A stretch of 33,718 nucleotides of DNA, from the IMG/VR virus record IMGVR_UViG_3300025120_000026. One strand, written 5' to 3'. Each line of letters begins with the position of its first letter. Positions within the stretch are counted from its first letter, which is position 1. Below the pieces are notes generated by a model. The model made no database searches, was not told where the DNA came from, and worked only from the letters and a program-made list of their open reading frames with translations. This document shows, one piece after another, positions 1 to 9,833 of the stretch. The translations under genes and the position numbers were made by a program. Source of the stretch: an uncultured virus (IMG/VR IMGVR_UViG_3300025120_000026) (lineage: Duplodnaviria; Heunggongvirae; Uroviricota; Caudoviricetes).

Positions 1-125
1 CATAGTTTGACTCCTTTGTTACGTCTTTTACAAGTAGCACAAACATCATGTCTGTTTACTCCTATTCTAAATATCTTAGAACAGACTTTACAAACTTTAG
101 TTTCTCTTTTCTTTGTTGCGGCCAT
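1..125 (-). CDS. Small Zn-finger protein (CxxC...CxxC), stop at window edge
   Basis: Not in ORF track. ATG at 125 overlaps the polB stop (TAATG); reads MAATKKRETKVCKVCSKIFRIGVNRHDVCATCKRRNKGVKL. Confidence 0.6.
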   Translation of the reverse strand, partial: MAATKKRETKVCKVCSKIFRIGVNRHDVCATCKRRNKGVKL

Positions 126-1765
126 TATAATTCCCTCGCTTTAAATGCGGCACTTCTAATTGCTTCTCTAGCACTAGCAGTTATACTAGCGGCTAAGTCA
201 ACATCTGCCCAACCAAATCCTTGGTATGCTAATACACCGTAGAAGGAAGCCATTAATCTTTTAACTGCCATCTGATTAGAATCCCACTTATTGTATTCTT
301 CTTCAGAAGTAGAGTTCTTTCTATTTTGTTTATATGAATCTCTTAATGTTTTAAGATTAAGAACTGACTTTGGTAACATACCTAACTTATCTGTATTGTA
401 ATACAACATATCTTCATTAGAGTTTTCACTAAAGTCCTTAGGTGTGCTAAGATTTACTGCGAACGATGTGGGTTCTATACTTTTTGTTTCCCAACTAATA
501 TTTCTAGCCACCATCATTGATGGGTAAAGACCTGCAAAATCAAAGGCCGCTACACCCCAATGCAAGCCATTTGTGGCCTCGCTTAGTGGGTCATAGACCA
601 TTGCGCCATCGTAGTCTTTTCGACCCGTTTTTCTGCCCGTTGGGGCTTTCCAATGAGCAGTTCTTGAAAAGTAAATCGTACCCATATTACTCGCATAAAA
701 ACAAGCATCGAATGGAGCGACTAATAATTTTTGTAAAGATAAAATTGAATCAGTAATATTCATCTTATTATCTAAATCAGATATAAGTTGAGTATCTTTA
801 ATTGCATACTCTATATATGTTTCATTATCTTCTATCCATCCTCTAGCAAAGAATTCATTCTTATCAGGAAACTTAGTACTTACTAACTTCTTATTACCTA
901 GTATAGTTTCAGATACATAATCTAAAGCCATTGATGGTAACGTTCCTCTCTGTGAATCATTCCATTGTCTTTCAAATGCTAAGTCTAATGGTACTACTAT
1001 CCTACCTTTTATTGGTTGACTTACCGGAGAGTATCTATGTATGATTTCTGTATTACATTTTATAGTACCTTTTACATTAGATACTCCTGTTATCTGAGAG
1101 TAAGGTGAAATTCTTCTAATGTCTATACCATTAGCCACCGCTCTCTCAATTAACTTAGGTATGTCGAACTTCCAACCGAACCAAGATATAATCATATCAG
1201 CATCAGAAGATACAATCTTATCTAAGAAGTCATTAATTACATCTGCTTCACTACCTTCATTAGGTAACCAAGTATAACAGAAATCTTCTCCATCAATCCT
1301 ACAAGTAATACAAGTAATCTGTTCGTCAAATTCTCCACCTTGCATCCATTCCATATCAAAATATAACTTAGTTAAGTTATACTCTTTAATAGAATCTATA
1401 TTATCTATAGCATAGCGATATTCATGTTTAACGTCTGCTTCATAAGTTGGATTAACTAAGTCTTCATTACCTTGTTTCTCAAAGTATCTACGAACATTAT
1501 ACGCATATCTACTATGATTAGGTTTCCAACTAACCTTTACTAAAGAGTCACCTTCTAAGTCTTTGTAACTATCATCTGTTTCATAACTTAATTCTAAATC
1601 AAATCTTCCCCATTTATCTTTAATTTTAATTTTATTAGGTTTAATTTGATGTTCATGTATATAAAAATAAGATGGGTACTCGGAGTACGGTATAGTTTTT
1701 ATTATTCTTTTACCGTCCTCCTTGTAACTCAATCCTATTCCTGTTTCTATTTTATTAATAATCAT
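125..1765 (-). CDS. polB: Family B DNA polymerase, N-terminal part of a split gene (3'-5' exonuclease + motifs A and B)
   Basis: ExoI YFDMEW, ExoII FGWKFDIP, ExoIII YAIKD, motif A DFAGLYPS, motif B KRLMASFYG; stops before motif C (YGDTDS). Confidence 0.93.
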   Translation of the reverse strand: MIINKIETGIGLSYKEDGKRIIKTIPYSEYPSYFYIHEHQIKPNKIKIKDKWGRFDLELSYETDDSYKDLEGDSLVKVSWKPNHSRYAYNVRRYFEKQGNEDLVNPTYEADVKHEYRYAIDNIDSIKEYNLTKLYFDMEWMQGGEFDEQITCITCRIDGEDFCYTWLPNEGSEADVINDFLDKIVSSDADMIISWFGWKFDIPKLIERAVANGIDIRRISPYSQITGVSNVKGTIKCNTEIIHRYSPVSQPIKGRIVVPLDLAFERQWNDSQRGTLPSMALDYVSETILGNKKLVSTKFPDKNEFFARGWIEDNETYIEYAIKDTQLISDLDNKMNITDSILSLQKLLVAPFDACFYASNMGTIYFSRTAHWKAPTGRKTGRKDYDGAMVYDPLSEATNGLHWGVAAFDFAGLYPSMMVARNISWETKSIEPTSFAVNLSTPKDFSENSNEDMLYYNTDKLGMLPKSVLNLKTLRDSYKQNRKNSTSEEEYNKWDSNQMAVKRLMASFYGVLAYQGFGWADVDLAASITASAREAIRSAAFKAREL

Positions 1766-1766
1766 C

Positions 1767-2555
1767 TCAATACCTCAAGTATGGTGCTTTAACTAACACC
1801 CTACTTGGAGAGGTTAGTAATATTGGACAGTCATCTTTCATATGAATTTGAAAGACTCCTTTCATAAATTTATGAAATGCTCCTGTAAATTCTACAGTAG
1901 CACTTTGTCCTGCACAATGTATTGTAGGAACAACCATAGTAAAAGTTTCTGTTTCACTTCTATTTGAAGAGATAGATAATCTTTCTTCCTGTACATAATC
2001 AAATTTATATTTTGCTAAGTTCATAACATTACAGGCTTCTACAACATTAACCATCTCAGTATCTAATACAGTTATCTTACTCTCAAAGGTTGTTTTTCTA
2101 AACGTATTCATACTATTATCTTGAGTTAATTCAAGAGAGTTAGTGTTAAAATAAGCAATTAACATACCTATCATAACCATAGATGTATGTTCTAACACCT
2201 TAGCCATTCTACTAGTAATAGAATCATCTTGAAACGTTAAGAAATCTCCTACAGTTATATGTACATCTTCCTTAAACGCTTTAAGAATTTTAGTTGTCTT
2301 ATCTATATCTAGAATAACAACTTCACTACTAGAATCAACACTCTCTTGTTCTTCTAAATTTAGTGAGATTAGACATGCCGTTGCCTCATTAGCATTACAT
2401 ATAAACAGGCCATTCTCATGGCACTGAATATATGCATACTCAGATAGACGACTATTCTTACTAGCCATACCATCAAAATATTTTCCCTTTAAGGCTACAT
2501 CTTCTAATACTTCTTTTAACTTATTTGCATTTATATTTATATTCCATTCTGACAT
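1767..2555 (-). CDS. Putative PCNA-like sliding clamp
   Basis: ~260 aa with PCNA-like helix/strand pattern (ANKLKEVLEDV; ILDIDKTTKILKAF; DDCPILL; LVKAP); adjacent to polB and near RFC. Start placed at MSEWN after a GTGAG RBS. Confidence 0.6.
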   Translation of the reverse strand: MSEWNININANKLKEVLEDVALKGKYFDGMASKNSRLSEYAYIQCHENGLFICNANEATACLISLNLEEQESVDSSSEVVILDIDKTTKILKAFKEDVHITVGDFLTFQDDSITSRMAKVLEHTSMVMIGMLIAYFNTNSLELTQDNSMNTFRKTTFESKITVLDTEMVNVVEACNVMNLAKYKFDYVQEERLSISSNRSETETFTMVVPTIHCAGQSATVEFTGAFHKFMKGVFQIHMKDDCPILLTSPSRVLVKAPYLRY

Positions 2556-2560
2556 GTTTC

Positions 2561-3433
2561 TCACTTAAATTCTCCAGTCTTATATTCTTCAATACCCAAC
2601 CATTTATTTTCAGTTTTAGATACTTCAAATACATTCCAAGACTTACCCACTAAAGATGGGTTAGTTTTACAATCATCTAAGACCGCACGATACAATGTTT
2701 TATCTCCTCTTTTAATTTTAGAGACTGTAAGTATCTGTAGCAATCTTTGCGGAGTTGACTTGTGCCAATCCGGTTCAAACCCTACAGGTGTAGGGACATT
2801 TATATTTTCATAGATAGGTTTTAGATGTGTTATTAAAATTCTATTTGCTCTAAGAGCAATGAATGGATTGAGTATTCTATTGTATACTCTATTCCTAATC
2901 TTCCAATCTAATGGTTGAACTTTAATAGAATCTATATCATGTATAATAGATTGGCCTTTATTGTTTGATTTTACTAAGGCTTCTCTAAGTACATCACTAG
3001 AACCTTCATTTACTTTATCTACACCATCTAAGATTACTGCTTTTACATTCCCTTTACTTACTAATTCATTAGCATATTCTAACCAAGCGTGACAATTGTG
3101 AAAGGTTTGTTCCCAATCCCAACTACCATCTGACTTTAGAACATTAGGAACATAAATTTCTATGTTCTCATCTCGCCAAGCAGAGTTCCAAGTAGCAGTA
3201 CAACCATCATCTAAATCTAGAACTAATACTTTCATACCTGCTTTCTTTTCTTCTTCAGTTCGACAATCCATTGCCGTTCCACTTTTACCTGTCTTAGGTA
3301 ATCCTACTATTCCTAATAATAAAAATTCTTTATCATTAGTCATACGTTGTTTAATTTGTAAACGTATGGCTTTCTTTCTTGTTTCGTAATCTACTACTTC
3401 TATTGTTTCTTCTTTCTTAACATTCCAACTCAT
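2561..3433 (-). CDS. RecA/RadA-like (Sak4/AAA_24-type) P-loop ATPase
   Basis: Walker A GLPKTGKS, Walker B VILDGVD, LDLDDG strand, ILITH strand; GGTGAT RBS before ATG 3433. Confidence 0.75.
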   Translation of the reverse strand: MSWNVKKEETIEVVDYETRKKAIRLQIKQRMTNDKEFLLLGIVGLPKTGKSGTAMDCRTEEEKKAGMKVLVLDLDDGCTATWNSAWRDENIEIYVPNVLKSDGSWDWEQTFHNCHAWLEYANELVSKGNVKAVILDGVDKVNEGSSDVLREALVKSNNKGQSIIHDIDSIKVQPLDWKIRNRVYNRILNPFIALRANRILITHLKPIYENINVPTPVGFEPDWHKSTPQRLLQILTVSKIKRGDKTLYRAVLDDCKTNPSLVGKSWNVFEVSKTENKWLGIEEYKTGEFK

Positions 3434-3662
3434 TTGTATCACCATTATAATTTATATTAACGTTAGTCCATTGGCGGACAATATCGTTTAATTCTTCTTT
3501 CGTTACTTTAAGTCTAATCTCTTTACCGGAAGAGAAATGGAATTTCATCCAGTATTCTCCAGTATCAGTGTTTAGTCTCCAAGTAGAAAAGTCCGCATTC
3601 TCCATAGGGAACGCAAAACTATTTCCATGCATCACATTATTTGTTATTGTATATTCATTCAT
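3417..3662 (-). CDS. Hypothetical protein (beta-rich, ~81 aa)
   Basis: GGAG RBS before MNEYT at 3662; co-oriented in the operon. Confidence 0.6.
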   Translation of the reverse strand: MNEYTITNNVMHGNSFAFPMENADFSTWRLNTDTGEYWMKFHFSSGKEIRLKVTKEELNDIVRQWTNVNINYNGDTNELEC

Positions 3663-3678
3663 TTTAATTTCTCCATTA

Positions 3679-3706
3679 TTTGTTGAAGGGCTTTTCACCC
3701 TTCTGA
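3679..3706 (-). promoter_or_regulatory. Intergenic hairpin element, copy 1 (GAAGGGT-GAAAA-GCCCTTC)
   Basis: Inverted repeat at 3685-3703; near-identical 28-mer at 15159-15186. Confidence 0.55.
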
Positions 3707-3742
3707 CCGATACGGGGAGAGTTCGGCTACTCGAAATTCTAC

Positions 3743-4981
3743 TTAATCAAAGAACCAATTGTCTTCGTCTTCTTCTACAAATTCTATAGCCTCAGGGCTT
3801 CCGCCTCTAGCCTTAATTACATAGATACCATTAACGTTAATTGATGGAGGTTGTAGTTCTCCATTATCATCTGTACTTTGGGAAGTTCTACCAACTACTA
3901 TAACATTAGAACCAATACCAAAATCAATATTGATATGTGATGGTATCCAACATGTTGTTCCACTCCATCCATCTCCTTCATAATCAAAATCAGTATTCAA
4001 ATCATCTAGAGTTAGTATTCTATTTCCGTTTTTAGTTGGAGTCATGTTAACACTAGTTGCATTACCATCAGTAAACACAAACCTATCTGAATAGGGTTTA
4101 TCATTTACTGTATCGTGAAACCTAGATAAGTCAATCAAAGGACTATAGTTTCCGGCAGAGTATTCCATTAAAGATTCTTTCATATCTATAGAAGATACAT
4201 CTTTCTTAAGTTCAGAATCATCGGGCAAGTCTACATTATGGATTAAAGAATCCATTGTTTTGTTTGTTGCTCCATGTATCTTACTACTATCATTAGAGTT
4301 CAGTATACAAGTAAAGTGTACAAACTCAAATGTAGGTGGGCTAAAAGTTTTACTTGATGGCCCTTTATAGTTAAAGAAATATTTCCCAAACTCACCATTT
4401 ACTTCACCAATAAAAACTCCGCTCCTACGGAATTCTTCTTTTGCTAAAGGCTTACCATAGTTCTTCTTATTCCAATCTGCATTGTTAGAATCAATAGGTA
4501 CTAAGTAAGTACCGTCTTCCAAATCTACATTATTATTAGGAATAGTCTTAGTCTCTATTACCTTTTCTTCACCGTTAATCATCATGCGACCTTCATACAT
4601 TTCATTCTGTATTTCAGTAAATATTGCTACTTTACCAAGACTAAATGTTGTGTTACTATCTCTTCTGTATTCATTTACAATTCTTGTTCTTTGTATTGCC
4701 ATCATATCTCTTGCTTCATCTAAAGCAATAAAGTATCCGAAGGCAGATTTAAAGAATGTATCAGATTTTGTTGTTACATTAGTTTGTGATTCACTTCTCT
4801 TTAGTACATTTCTAGCACTAGAAAAGAACTGTCTCCACAACGCTCTAGCCATTAGAGGTTCTTTAGACGCATCAATACTATTTTGAGTACATATGTCCTC
4901 AAACTTAGCAAGTGCATCTGTCTCGGTCATACCGAGCAGTTCAGCCGCTTTCTTTATTTCATTCATTATTTCATCATTCAT
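3743..4981 (-). CDS. Putative ssDNA-binding protein (RPA/OB-fold)
   Basis: C-terminal OB-like strands (IDFGIGSNVIVVGRTSQ...INVNGIYV), acidic-aromatic tail EEDEDNWFFD, replication-module context. Confidence 0.6.
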   Translation of the reverse strand: MNDEIMNEIKKAAELLGMTETDALAKFEDICTQNSIDASKEPLMARALWRQFFSSARNVLKRSESQTNVTTKSDTFFKSAFGYFIALDEARDMMAIQRTRIVNEYRRDSNTTFSLGKVAIFTEIQNEMYEGRMMINGEEKVIETKTIPNNNVDLEDGTYLVPIDSNNADWNKKNYGKPLAKEEFRRSGVFIGEVNGEFGKYFFNYKGPSSKTFSPPTFEFVHFTCILNSNDSSKIHGATNKTMDSLIHNVDLPDDSELKKDVSSIDMKESLMEYSAGNYSPLIDLSRFHDTVNDKPYSDRFVFTDGNATSVNMTPTKNGNRILTLDDLNTDFDYEGDGWSGTTCWIPSHINIDFGIGSNVIVVGRTSQSTDDNGELQPPSINVNGIYVIKARGGSPEAIEFVEEDEDNWFFD

Positions 4982-5032
4982 ATTTATTTCTCCTTTTATT
5001 CATTTCTTGTTTTTGTTTTATTTTACTTTGCT

Positions 5033-5944
5033 TTATATCATTTGTCCTACCATCCAAGATGCTAGAACTTTGGGAGTCATATTACTACTTCTCCATTCTG
5101 CTTCTCCTACAACTCTAAGTAGTTTGAATTTACTTTTAGGTTCTAAGTCACTTTTAACTATAGTATCATGTAAATTAATACATACAGTCTTCATGTCTAT
5201 TGATTGATATAACAACTTATGCACCTTCTCTAAACAATTTGTATATTCATTTGTATTAATTAATTCTAATATTTTAGTATATGGTTCTAGGTTTTTATCT
5301 ATTTGATATATGAGGTTTGATTTACTAGACACGGATGCCTGTAGTTCCGTCAACCCTCTTCTTAAGTCTCCGTGAAGATAGGTTATGAACCTTTCTAATT
5401 CATCCTCAGATACCGTTAAAACGCCTTCCGAGGACAAAACTGAATCCATAACTTGTTTCATATCAGAATTGTTTAGTCTAGTAAACGCATAGTTTGCACA
5501 CCTAGATTGAATAGGAAATATAATTTTATGTCTACTATTACAAGTAATAATAAATCTACAATTAGAACTATATCTTTCCATAATTCTCTTTAATGCATTC
5601 TGTGCATCTTTAGTCATACCATCCATTTCATCTAATAATATTATTTTGAATGGTACTTCTCCAACCTTACTAGTTGAAGCAATTTCTTTTATTCTAGTTC
5701 TAACAGTTTCTAACTTTCTATCATCAGATGAATTAATTTCATGGAAGTTTGCTCCTTTAAATTCACCAAGTAAATCATTTGCTAAAGCGATTGCCGCAGT
5801 AGTTTTACCTACTCCTGCTATACCATATAACAATAGATTAGGCATTTCTTTATTCTGTATCCAATGCTCTGCATCTAATACAAAATTGGATTGCCCATAT
5901 AATTCACTTAACTTACTAGGTCTATATTTTTCTGTCCACAACAT
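5033..5944 (-). CDS. rfcS: Replication factor C small subunit (clamp loader)
   Basis: LWTEKYRP box, Walker A GIAGVGKTT, Walker B LLDEMD, SRC motif, GDLRR; start at 5944 overlaps the upstream stop. Confidence 0.95.
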   Translation of the reverse strand: MLWTEKYRPSKLSELYGQSNFVLDAEHWIQNKEMPNLLLYGIAGVGKTTAAIALANDLLGEFKGANFHEINSSDDRKLETVRTRIKEIASTSKVGEVPFKIILLDEMDGMTKDAQNALKRIMERYSSNCRFIITCNSRHKIIFPIQSRCANYAFTRLNNSDMKQVMDSVLSSEGVLTVSEDELERFITYLHGDLRRGLTELQASVSSKSNLIYQIDKNLEPYTKILELINTNEYTNCLEKVHKLLYQSIDMKTVCINLHDTIVKSDLEPKSKFKLLRVVGEAEWRSSNMTPKVLASWMVGQMI

Positions 5945-6471
5945 TACATTCTCACTCCTTTCATTCCTTTCATTAATGAAAACCATCTAGGTATTTCAGA
6001 CTTCCATTTAGCAAAGTATATTTTATCTTTAACATAGTAGGTTCTATATTTTTCTACAGTACTTAACTCATCAAAGTTTTCTACTTTTCTACATAATGAA
6101 TCTTCAGATATTGCTACTGCAAATTCAGTTAATCCAATATCAGGTAATGTATCTATTACTTGTTCCCATATATTGTGAAACTCTTTTAATGTAGTTTCTA
6201 CTTTGTGTATTCTATCATAGTATCTAATACTATATTCTTTACATAATGCTTCACAATGTGTTTTTAGAAACACAAAGTTTTGTTTAGATTTTCTAGCCCA
6301 AATTGTACAGGGATGATTTAACATCACTGGTTTATATGGACTATCATAACCTAAGTGGTCTGCAATAGTTGACATCATTTGTAAACTTTCAGTTGGCATT
6401 TTTACGACATGTATGTTACACATATCTTGTGCGGCTTTCGTTGGGTCTTCGTTTAATATAAATATATTCAT
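5944..6471 (-). CDS. Pyrimidine-dimer DNA glycosylase/endonuclease V-like phage protein
   Basis: MNIFILNEDP..AA....HVVKM..ES.QM, NHPCTIW and YR.YY..DK motifs typical of this phage family. Confidence 0.7.
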   Translation of the reverse strand: MNIFILNEDPTKAAQDMCNIHVVKMPTESLQMMSTIADHLGYDSPYKPVMLNHPCTIWARKSKQNFVFLKTHCEALCKEYSIRYYDRIHKVETTLKEFHNIWEQVIDTLPDIGLTEFAVAISEDSLCRKVENFDELSTVEKYRTYYVKDKIYFAKWKSEIPRWFSLMKGMKGVRM

Positions 6472-6487
6472 TTTAATTTCTCCATTA

Positions 6488-7348
6488 TTATAACCATGCC
6501 CCTAAGGATGGTTTAGGTTGTACTGGGGCGTATTTTTTCTTTCTTCTTTTATCTCCAATACCAACAATTTTACATTCAGTATTGTCTAATTTAGTTTTTG
6601 CATACTCAATAAATTCATCACCTTGTAGTAAAGATTTAATTAAGTAAGCATCGGACTTTCTCATCTTAAGTTTCCTACATATTTTAGGTACTACCGAATA
6701 GGCACTACGTTTAGGCATTACTAATTTTCTATACATTCTACCATCGTGAACATAAGATAACATCTCATAAAAATAATCATTACTTAACTTTCTTTTAACT
6801 GCAAAGTCAATGTATGCTAATTTATTAGGATGCATGTTTGGTGTTAACCAAGATAGGAACTGAGTATCAGATGGTTTATTATCCTTTAGCATCAAAGCAA
6901 TTTCTTCTCTATCTGCATTCTTAAGATATTCACCTACCATTGGATATATATCAATATCATATTTTTTAGGTTGTGATGCTCTAGGTGCAATCTCTTTTAG
7001 ATATTCTAAGTATACTTTTTTAGTTGCACGTTTTAACTTACACAAACTAAAAAGACTCTTAGGAACATCCTTTTGATTATCGGAAAGTAATACTACTTGA
7101 CCTTTATATTCTAATATAGTCTTACGAATTAATTCTGTATTAGGTTTATAATTTGCTTCTCTAATTATAATACCTACTTCTATAGGTATACTATAGTTAT
7201 CAGTTATATCAAACTCATTAGCATATTTTATAATTGGGTTACTAGAAACAAATGTTAAGGCTTTATCCATTTTTTCTGTTACTGCTTGTCCTACTATTAT
7301 TATTGGTTTATATTCATTATATTCTTTTATTGTATTTATTAGGCTCAT
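6488..7348 (-). CDS. Degenerate RFC large-subunit-like protein
   Basis: KPIIIVGQAVTEK (decayed Walker A), IIIREAN (decayed Walker B), VVLLSDN, basic tail ending in PIP-like PSLGAWL; two genes from rfcS. Confidence 0.5.
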   Translation of the reverse strand: MSLINTIKEYNEYKPIIIVGQAVTEKMDKALTFVSSNPIIKYANEFDITDNYSIPIEVGIIIREANYKPNTELIRKTILEYKGQVVLLSDNQKDVPKSLFSLCKLKRATKKVYLEYLKEIAPRASQPKKYDIDIYPMVGEYLKNADREEIALMLKDNKPSDTQFLSWLTPNMHPNKLAYIDFAVKRKLSNDYFYEMLSYVHDGRMYRKLVMPKRSAYSVVPKICRKLKMRKSDAYLIKSLLQGDEFIEYAKTKLDNTECKIVGIGDKRRKKKYAPVQPKPSLGAWL

Positions 7349-7637
7349 CTATAGTCCTCACTTCTACAAGTTCATCATATTCAGTATTGCATTTTCCACA
7401 ATCAATAGATATGATAAACCATTTTATTTCCTTTTCATATTTTACTCCTGCTTTGAAAGCAAAGAGTTTGTTACCACATTCTCTGCAACCCATTAAGGAT
7501 TGTCTAGTTGCATGGTAATCTAGTATTTCTTCATCAGAAACTAGATGTTTTGATTTATCTAACAAAGATGTATTAACAATACATACTGAACATAAATGAT
7601 GCTCTGCTTCTCGTAGGCTACACCTTGCACACATCAT
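7317..7637 (-). CDS. Double Zn-finger protein
   Basis: Four CxxC pairs (CARC, CSVC, CREC, CGKC). Confidence 0.7.
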   Translation of the reverse strand: MMCARCSLREAEHHLCSVCIVNTSLLDKSKHLVSDEEILDYHATRQSLMGCRECGNKLFAFKAGVKYEKEIKWFIISIDCGKCNTEYDELVEVRTIDEPNKYNKRI

Positions 7638-8035
7638 TGTAACAAATCCTTTATTCTTAGTATATTATCAAGACCATCTTGTGTTAGATGTTGCTCTTGT
7701 CTTACCATCCACATTACTTGTGCAAATGGATTCCAATTAACATTGGATGTATTACTATGTAGAGAAAATGTTTCATACATAGTTTCTAAATTAGAAAGAC
7801 CTGTAATATATAATATTGGTCTAGGTCTTTTATTACTTTCTAAGTTCTTAATTTTACTATTGATTTCATATTGGAGTAGACTTCTATGTATTGCATATAC
7901 ATATCTTTCATTACCTCGTATTGAAACTCTTAATCTTACTCGATATCCTACGTTAGTATTAACGTCTTTAGATATATTAATTTCTGCCGTAGGATGTGAA
8001 AGGAAAATTCCTCTCAGTTCATCTTGAGATAACAT
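7634..8035 (-). CDS. Single-motif LAGLIDADG-fold protein with degenerate motif
   Basis: ELRGIFLSHPTAEINI in place of LAGLIDADG, GYRVRLRVSI strand, C-terminal HLTQDGLDNILRIK typical of the LAGLIDADG_1 family. Confidence 0.7.
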   Translation of the reverse strand: MLSQDELRGIFLSHPTAEINISKDVNTNVGYRVRLRVSIRGNERYVYAIHRSLLQYEINSKIKNLESNKRPRPILYITGLSNLETMYETFSLHSNTSNVNWNPFAQVMWMVRQEQHLTQDGLDNILRIKDLLQ

Positions 8036-8059
8036 GATGTTGACTCCATGAGAAGGTAG

Positions 8060-9619
8060 TTAAATATTGCTCCTTATATCTTCTAATGTATTAATATCAG
8101 CAGGATACTTATCATCTCTAATTCTAACTAATCTAGGAAACCTAAGACCAAAATTACCATCAGCATCTTGAGATATTAAATCACATGTTACTTCTAATAC
8201 TACTCTAGGTAAAACATAGAAAATATCTTTATCATACTTATCTACAATCTTTTTCAAATCTGTTGTTAATCTAGTTAAGTCATCATCAGAAAACCCTGTA
8301 CCAACCGAACCAATATTAACGTAACCGTCAGGACTTTTAACAGAGATACCAAACGTTCCAAATACACTACTTCTCTTTCCTTCTCCATATTTAGCACTGT
8401 CTATAATTACATCTAAATTTATCATAGGAGGTTTGTGTTTTAACAAACACTTATTTCTCTTACCAATAGCATATGGTGCATCTAAATCTTTAATCATTAT
8501 ACCTTCAAAACCACGATTGATTGCTATATTATATGATTGTATTAAATCTGATGAATCTTTATATTTACCTAATACATTAGTAGAAAAGAATTCTGTTATA
8601 TATTTCTTATCTATTATTGACCGTAACTTAGTTAATCTAATATGATAGGGTTCTTCAATTAGAGATTTACCATCAACATATAATATATCAAAGGCTACCA
8701 TCTTAACAGGACAATCTATCATTGCCTGAACTTTATTCTTAGAGTGAACCCTTGTTGCTAACTTCTTATGTTCAGCAGGAGAACTATCTACATTGATAGG
8801 ATATATTTCACAATCTAATATCATATCTTTACATAATGATATATCTTGTAACGTTGCTACATCACGAAACTGTTCAGTAACAATCTTACCTGTTCTATTG
8901 AAAATAATAACATCAGTATTACTAATATGCATTTGATATCTATTACCATCATACTTAGTATCTATGATATAATTATCAGGCACTTTACCTTCATATTTTT
9001 TAGCCAACATTGGTTTAATAAATACTCCTACTCCACTCTTTTCTTTGAGTGTAGTATTATTAACTAAACTAGTATAGATAGCACTAGGTGAATGATAATT
9101 ATCATACTTAACATTATAGTTTGTCCCAAAGTGTGATTTTAATGCCTTGTAAACATTAGAAGATGAGATACCGTTCCTTGGTGTTCTTAACCAATATCTG
9201 ATAAACCATTTCATTTCTAATCCAGTCATCTTATCTAATTCTTCTTTTAGAATTATAAATGCAGTATTATTTTTAGAAGAACAATCTAACTTTAGTAGTG
9301 TACTGAATGTACTTATTGAAATACTATCCTTAACCTCACTAGGTTCTAATACCATTTGATAGATACCTTCTGCTAAATCTCCCCATAGATTTTCACTACC
9401 AATAACTTCATCTTCAAACACTTCTAACATTTCTGCTAACCATATTCTAGCCTTCTTAACACCAATGTTATTAGGTTCTAATTGTTCTGATAATATATCT
9501 AATACTACAGAAGGATTAGAAAATGTTCTAATTGATTGAGATATTATTTCTTGTTTCTTTATACTTCCACTTGCCATTTCTATTGCTTCACACATTCTTG
9601 AGAATTTCATCAACGTCAT
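8060..9619 (-). CDS. lig: ATP-dependent DNA ligase
   Basis: KPMLA, motif I KYDGNR, LDCEI, FDILY, EGIMIK, GSVGTGFS, LRFPR. Confidence 0.96.
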   Translation of the reverse strand: MTLMKFSRMCEAIEMASGSIKKQEIISQSIRTFSNPSVVLDILSEQLEPNNIGVKKARIWLAEMLEVFEDEVIGSENLWGDLAEGIYQMVLEPSEVKDSISISTFSTLLKLDCSSKNNTAFIILKEELDKMTGLEMKWFIRYWLRTPRNGISSSNVYKALKSHFGTNYNVKYDNYHSPSAIYTSLVNNTTLKEKSGVGVFIKPMLAKKYEGKVPDNYIIDTKYDGNRYQMHISNTDVIIFNRTGKIVTEQFRDVATLQDISLCKDMILDCEIYPINVDSSPAEHKKLATRVHSKNKVQAMIDCPVKMVAFDILYVDGKSLIEEPYHIRLTKLRSIIDKKYITEFFSTNVLGKYKDSSDLIQSYNIAINRGFEGIMIKDLDAPYAIGKRNKCLLKHKPPMINLDVIIDSAKYGEGKRSSVFGTFGISVKSPDGYVNIGSVGTGFSDDDLTRLTTDLKKIVDKYDKDIFYVLPRVVLEVTCDLISQDADGNFGLRFPRLVRIRDDKYPADINTLEDIRSNI

Positions 9620-9833
9620 TTTTATTCACCTTATTAATTTCTATTATTTTATTTATTGCTTTACTAAGATGAGTTAACTCATCCATGTTCATTCTTATTC
9701 CCTTACGGGAAGGCTTACCATCAGCATACCATCGTAAATCTACAATAGGTATGTTCCAATATTCTGCCGTTCTAACTACTAACTCACTAGTAGCATTTCT
9801 AGGTATTCTTACTATTATCTTTTCATCTTTCAT
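9588..9833 (-). CDS. PC4/p15-like ssDNA-binding transcriptional coactivator
   Basis: EYWNIPIVDLRWY...KPSRKGIRM signature of the PC4 fold. Confidence 0.8.
   Translation of the reverse strand: MKDEKIIVRIPRNATSELVVRTAEYWNIPIVDLRWYADGKPSRKGIRMNMDELTHLSKAINKIIEINKVNKNDVDEILKNV

Noticed and set aside
3413..3433. MSWNVKK start of the RecA-like ATPase as a W-tag member
   Set aside because: Lacks the (D/N)-I-L spacing and lies in the replication arm; probably coincidental.
7634..8035. Active homing endonuclease in an intron or intein
   Set aside because: The catalytic motif is degenerate and the flanking genes appear uninterrupted.
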